The position numbers and the translations under genes are program-made. From contig CAXXDQ010000002.1 of assembly GCA_963664325.2 (NCBI GenBank), positions 64,001 through 128,000 on the forward strand: DNA of 64,000 bases. The letters run 5' to 3'. Shown in pieces: positions 60,758 to 64,000 of this stretch. The stretch comes from Desulfomonilia bacterium. GTDB taxonomy: Bacteria; Desulfobacterota; Desulfomonilia; UBA1062. Each line of letters starts with the position of its first letter. The first letter of the stretch is position 1. The notes beneath the pieces are model-generated. The model was given only the letters and a program-made list of their open reading frames with translations. It was not told where the DNA came from and made no database searches.

Positions 60758-63388
60758 ATGAAATATGATCACATGAGATCGAAGGATCGCATTGATTCCC
60801 TTATAAAATCTAACCGATGCCATTGCAGGGAGCCCTTTTATGGAAAGGCGGTGAAGCGTTCCCTTATTTTAATATTGGCATCAGCAATTCTTCTGACAGC
60901 GATTCTTCCCGGAGCAGTCTCTGCCGGGGAAAAACTTAAAATTTGTTATGCCGGAGCCAAGGGAAGCGTGTCACAGGCATTAAGCCTGGCGAAAGACTTT
61001 GAAGTTGCGACTGATGCGAATGCCGATATCTATGTCCTTAACGGACAAATCGATAATCCGAATAAGATTCTTGATCATGTGAAAGAAGGCGCGGGCCTTG
61101 TCCTCATAATGGGTAAAGATATAAAGGATAGTGATCTGAATATCCTTTTTGAGGCCCCGGTCAATCTAAAACCGCTGATAAAAGAGGAAAGCATAGATAA
61201 CCTTACAGGAGCGGAAGGATCAGTTGTTGACGATATTGTCTGGAACAGTTCGCCCCAGGTAAGGGAGCGCACCGAAATCAGCGGCATTAAACTGACTACA
61301 CTTGTTTATGGATACGGGAGCAAAGAAACAATTCTTGGGAAATACACTCTGGGCAAAGGCCGGGTATATATTTTCACACCTTATCTGACTGACAAGGCTA
61401 ATAAGGATTTTCAGGAATGGCCTTATTTCAATTATTTTATCTACAACCTTGCTGTCAGTGCAGCCGGCAGGACGCCGCAGAAATTTGCTGACTATCCCGC
61501 CTCGCCGGTCCCCCACAAAAACGAACGGCTGACAATCGTCACTTTTCTCCTACTGGTAAATATCACATTTTTCGGTCTGTTCGCAATTGTTAGACGCCAC
61601 AGCATTAAGCACCCCGAGGCCCTGGACCTGATAGTAAGCAACCGCGAGAATTATGAAGTCCGCGAGCAGGGCACCGACTGGGAAAACATAGGCTTCCACC
61701 GACCCCTCGGCGGGTTCATGTTCGCCCTTACCATAGGCCTGATACTTTTCGTCCCGCTCATAATCTATCAAAACCTCATACTGCCTTCATTCCTTCTGCC
61801 TTCTGCACAGGGGCTCGGGCTCTGGTTCCGTGTACTGCAGTTCTTCGAGGTGGCATGGATGTTCTTCGATATGGGCACGAGCACGGCCTTCATGAAATTC
61901 CTGAGCGAATACCGCATCAAGGACCCGAGGAAAGGCATACAGTACGGCCAGATGTTCGTGTGGTGGCAGATGCTCACCGGCGCACTCCAGGTCACAATCT
62001 TCGTGGCACTGTCAAGTTTTTTCCTTCCCAAGACTACCTATGCGATCTACACATGGATAATAATCATCCACGCGATCATTCAGACGCCCGGCATCTACCA
62101 GCTGATGCGTTATGCACTGACCGGTTTCCAGCGTTTCGATTATGCACAGATTGTTGATATCGGGTTCGCAGTCGTCTTTCCTATAATCGCGCAGCTCATC
62201 GTAGTATATCCCGTCTACAGGTGGGGGCTTGTTCATCCGACGATAGGCCCTGCCCTTGGCGGCGCGCTGGGAATGGCCATGGCACTCTATGCTACCGAGC
62301 TCCTTACATTCTTCATCGGCTATTTACTGTACCGAAGAATCGGCTACAGCATGAAGATACTATTCCTCGCTCATTTTGACTGGGAAGTCATAAAGAAGAG
62401 CCTTAAGTTCGGTGTGTTCGACATGCTGGGATCGCTCGTCGTGTCCGGGGCGCAGGCCCTTGAGATATTTATTACGCAGACCAAACTGATCAACTACACC
62501 GAGATATGGGGCAACTGGATGCTCGCCAAGAACTTCGTCTTTGCATTCCAGGTTATCGGGACGCTTTACAACAACCTGATGCCGGCCATCTCAGAGGCAT
62601 ATTCAAGGGGCAGGAAAATCCTCAGTCAGTATTACGCTGCGCTTGCTTACAAATACGGCGGCATGATCAGCTTTCTCCTGGGGGCGTTCCTTCTTGCAGT
62701 CTCCGACCGGTTCATCCTTGGTGCAACGGGCCCTCAGTTTTCAAGGGCTGCACTTTATTCGATCCCGCTCATGGTATGGGGCATGATACAATATCCTTCA
62801 TGGGTGGGCGACAATATACAGCGAGGCGTCAACAAACCGTGGCTGATCACGGCATTGTGCACAATGGAGCAGACTATCCGCGTTACTCTCGTCTTTATAC
62901 TTTTGGACAGGTTCCAGGTTATCGGTCTCATCATCGCCTACTTCGTCGGGCTGCTGACCAAGGACATAGTGTCCTATTTCGTCAATGACAAGGTGTGCTT
63001 CAAGCAGCGCTTCTTTTTCTGGCAGTCGATAGGCGCACCGTTCCTTGCTGGAGTTATCCTTTATGCAATTCTGAGAATACTGGGCACATATATATGGAAA
63101 TGTGATCAGATCACAAGCATGATACTTTTCTTTGTAGGCGCAGTACCGGGGCTGTTCATCTACAGCTTCCTTTATGCATTCTTTGGCGGATGGGATGTTG
63201 ATACGCTTGAAGAATTCAGGCATGGCGCTCAGCTCAGCAATTTCATGAAACCCCTTGCCATGCTAACTTACAAATGCTCGAAAATGGGCGCAGGTCTCAG
63301 TCCGCTGCATAACCGCTTTCCTATTACAATCAGGGAACAGGCGCTGCTGGAAGCCCAGTCCCTTATGAAGGAAAGGGTGGAGCTGTAA
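60758..63388 (+). CDS. Membrane protein: exported N-terminal alpha/beta (GATase-like) domain fused to a MOP/Wzx-like flippase domain
   Basis: Signal-like segment, V.EGAGLVL.MG and LGKGRVY...W pattern, then many TMs with FFDMGT and LMPAISEA; alternative start GTG 60851. Confidence 0.6.
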   Translation: MKYDHMRSKDRIDSLIKSNRCHCREPFYGKAVKRSLILILASAILLTAILPGAVSAGEKLKICYAGAKGSVSQALSLAKDFEVATDANADIYVLNGQIDNPNKILDHVKEGAGLVLIMGKDIKDSDLNILFEAPVNLKPLIKEESIDNLTGAEGSVVDDIVWNSSPQVRERTEISGIKLTTLVYGYGSKETILGKYTLGKGRVYIFTPYLTDKANKDFQEWPYFNYFIYNLAVSAAGRTPQKFADYPASPVPHKNERLTIVTFLLLVNITFFGLFAIVRRHSIKHPEALDLIVSNRENYEVREQGTDWENIGFHRPLGGFMFALTIGLILFVPLIIYQNLILPSFLLPSAQGLGLWFRVLQFFEVAWMFFDMGTSTAFMKFLSEYRIKDPRKGIQYGQMFVWWQMLTGALQVTIFVALSSFFLPKTTYAIYTWIIIIHAIIQTPGIYQLMRYALTGFQRFDYAQIVDIGFAVVFPIIAQLIVVYPVYRWGLVHPTIGPALGGALGMAMALYATELLTFFIGYLLYRRIGYSMKILFLAHFDWEVIKKSLKFGVFDMLGSLVVSGAQALEIFITQTKLINYTEIWGNWMLAKNFVFAFQVIGTLYNNLMPAISEAYSRGRKILSQYYAALAYKYGGMISFLLGAFLLAVSDRFILGATGPQFSRAALYSIPLMVWGMIQYPSWVGDNIQRGVNKPWLITALCTMEQTIRVTLVFILLDRFQVIGLIIAYFVGLLTKDIVSYFVNDKVCFKQRFFFWQSIGAPFLAGVILYAILRILGTYIWKCDQITSMILFFVGAVPGLFIYSFLYAFFGGWDVDTLEEFRHGAQLSNFMKPLAMLTYKCSKMGAGLSPLHNRFPITIREQALLEAQSLMKERVEL

Positions 63389-63392
63389 AAAG

Positions 63393-63450
<58 letters not shown>

Positions 63451-63460
63451 AAAAGATCAA

Positions 63461-63844
63461 ATGAATGAGACTGTCAACAAAATAATCAAGCCAGCAAAAA
63501 GATTTGAAGAACTGCTGGTCTGGCAGAAAGCACATAAAATGGTTCTTGAAATATATATGATCACAAAAGGTTTTCCAGCTCAGGAGATTTACTGTTTAAC
63601 ATCTCAAATGAGAAGGGCTGCAATATCAATACCTGCTAATATTGCTGAAGGGTTCAAGAAAAAGGGCAAAGCAGACAAGTTGCGTTTCTTAAATATCTCT
63701 CATGGCTCACTTGAAGAACTTAAATACTATTTAATTTTGTCTCATGATCTTGGATATATTTCAAAAAACAATTTAACATTACTAATAGAAGAGGTCAGTA
63801 AACTTATTGAAGGTTATTCAAAAGGGATAAGGAATTCGGAATGA
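63461..63844 (+). CDS. Four-helix-bundle protein (23S rRNA intervening-sequence / Avd-like family)
   Basis: FEELLVWQKAH, FP..EIY.LTSQMRRAAISIPANIAEG, RFLNIS.GSLEEL and LS.DLGY motifs. Confidence 0.93.
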   Translation: MNETVNKIIKPAKRFEELLVWQKAHKMVLEIYMITKGFPAQEIYCLTSQMRRAAISIPANIAEGFKKKGKADKLRFLNISHGSLEELKYYLILSHDLGYISKNNLTLLIEEVSKLIEGYSKGIRNSE

Positions 63845-63892
63845 CCCTGAATTGTATTCCAGCCGAAATCAGATTGTTTTTATGGTTTTATA

Positions 63893-63920
63893 CTGTCTCC
63901 TGTCTTCTATCTACTTTTTT
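63893..63920 (+). repeat. Degenerate heptamer repeat complementary to the upstream array
   Basis: CTGTCTC CTGTCTT CTATCTA CTTTTTT; its reverse complement contains AGACAGGAGACAG. Confidence 0.75.
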
Positions 63921-63970
63921 ACTGATATTGCAAAAGTGTACTTATTAAAAAATATTTAAGGAGTTAGTTT

Positions 63971-64000
63971 ATGGCCACCATACACATCATATCTCACACC
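63971..64000 (+). CDS. Probable GH38 alpha-mannosidase, N-terminus only (truncated by window end)
   Basis: MATIHIISHT matches the start of the GH38 HIISHTHWD motif; AAGGAG RBS; only 10 codons visible. Confidence 0.55.
   Translation, partial: MATIHIISHT

Overview
This looks like chromosomal DNA from an anaerobic Gram-negative bacterium. A Desulfobacterota/deltaproteobacterial-like origin is inferred from gene content only. 1-20.1 kb holds the distal part of a Wzx/Wzy surface-polysaccharide cluster: rfbF fragment, YerE-like ThDP enzyme, ColC/ColD-like pair, GT2/GT4/GT10, an fnlA + RmlD-like + 2-epimerase module, an initiating transferase and a GT-C protein. 20.2-32 kb carries tadA, two tRNA-Ser genes, SRP RNA, dnaX, a DmpA peptidase, a Sel1 protein, nfnAB, a Cache-only membrane protein, a lone atpE and an MshEN-PilT fusion with degenerate catalytic motifs. 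32-53.5 kb contains a lipoprotein/beta-barrel pair, tRNA-Sec, an IscU-like + GGGtGRT pair, a Ni/Co ECF transporter, a Tat sulfatase with its maturase, a CmpB-HD-B12 radical SAM triple fusion, TetR, an HgdAB-like pair, MarR, an HDAC and a cNMP protein. 53.7-64 kb has sppA, tldD, smpB, ptsI, ptsH and EIID, followed by a GH1 / flippase-like fusion / GH38 unit interrupted by a four-helix-bundle gene bracketed by complementary 7-nt repeats. No CRISPR array, integrase, transposase or rRNA was recognised. All protein calls rest on motif recognition by eye, with no database searches.
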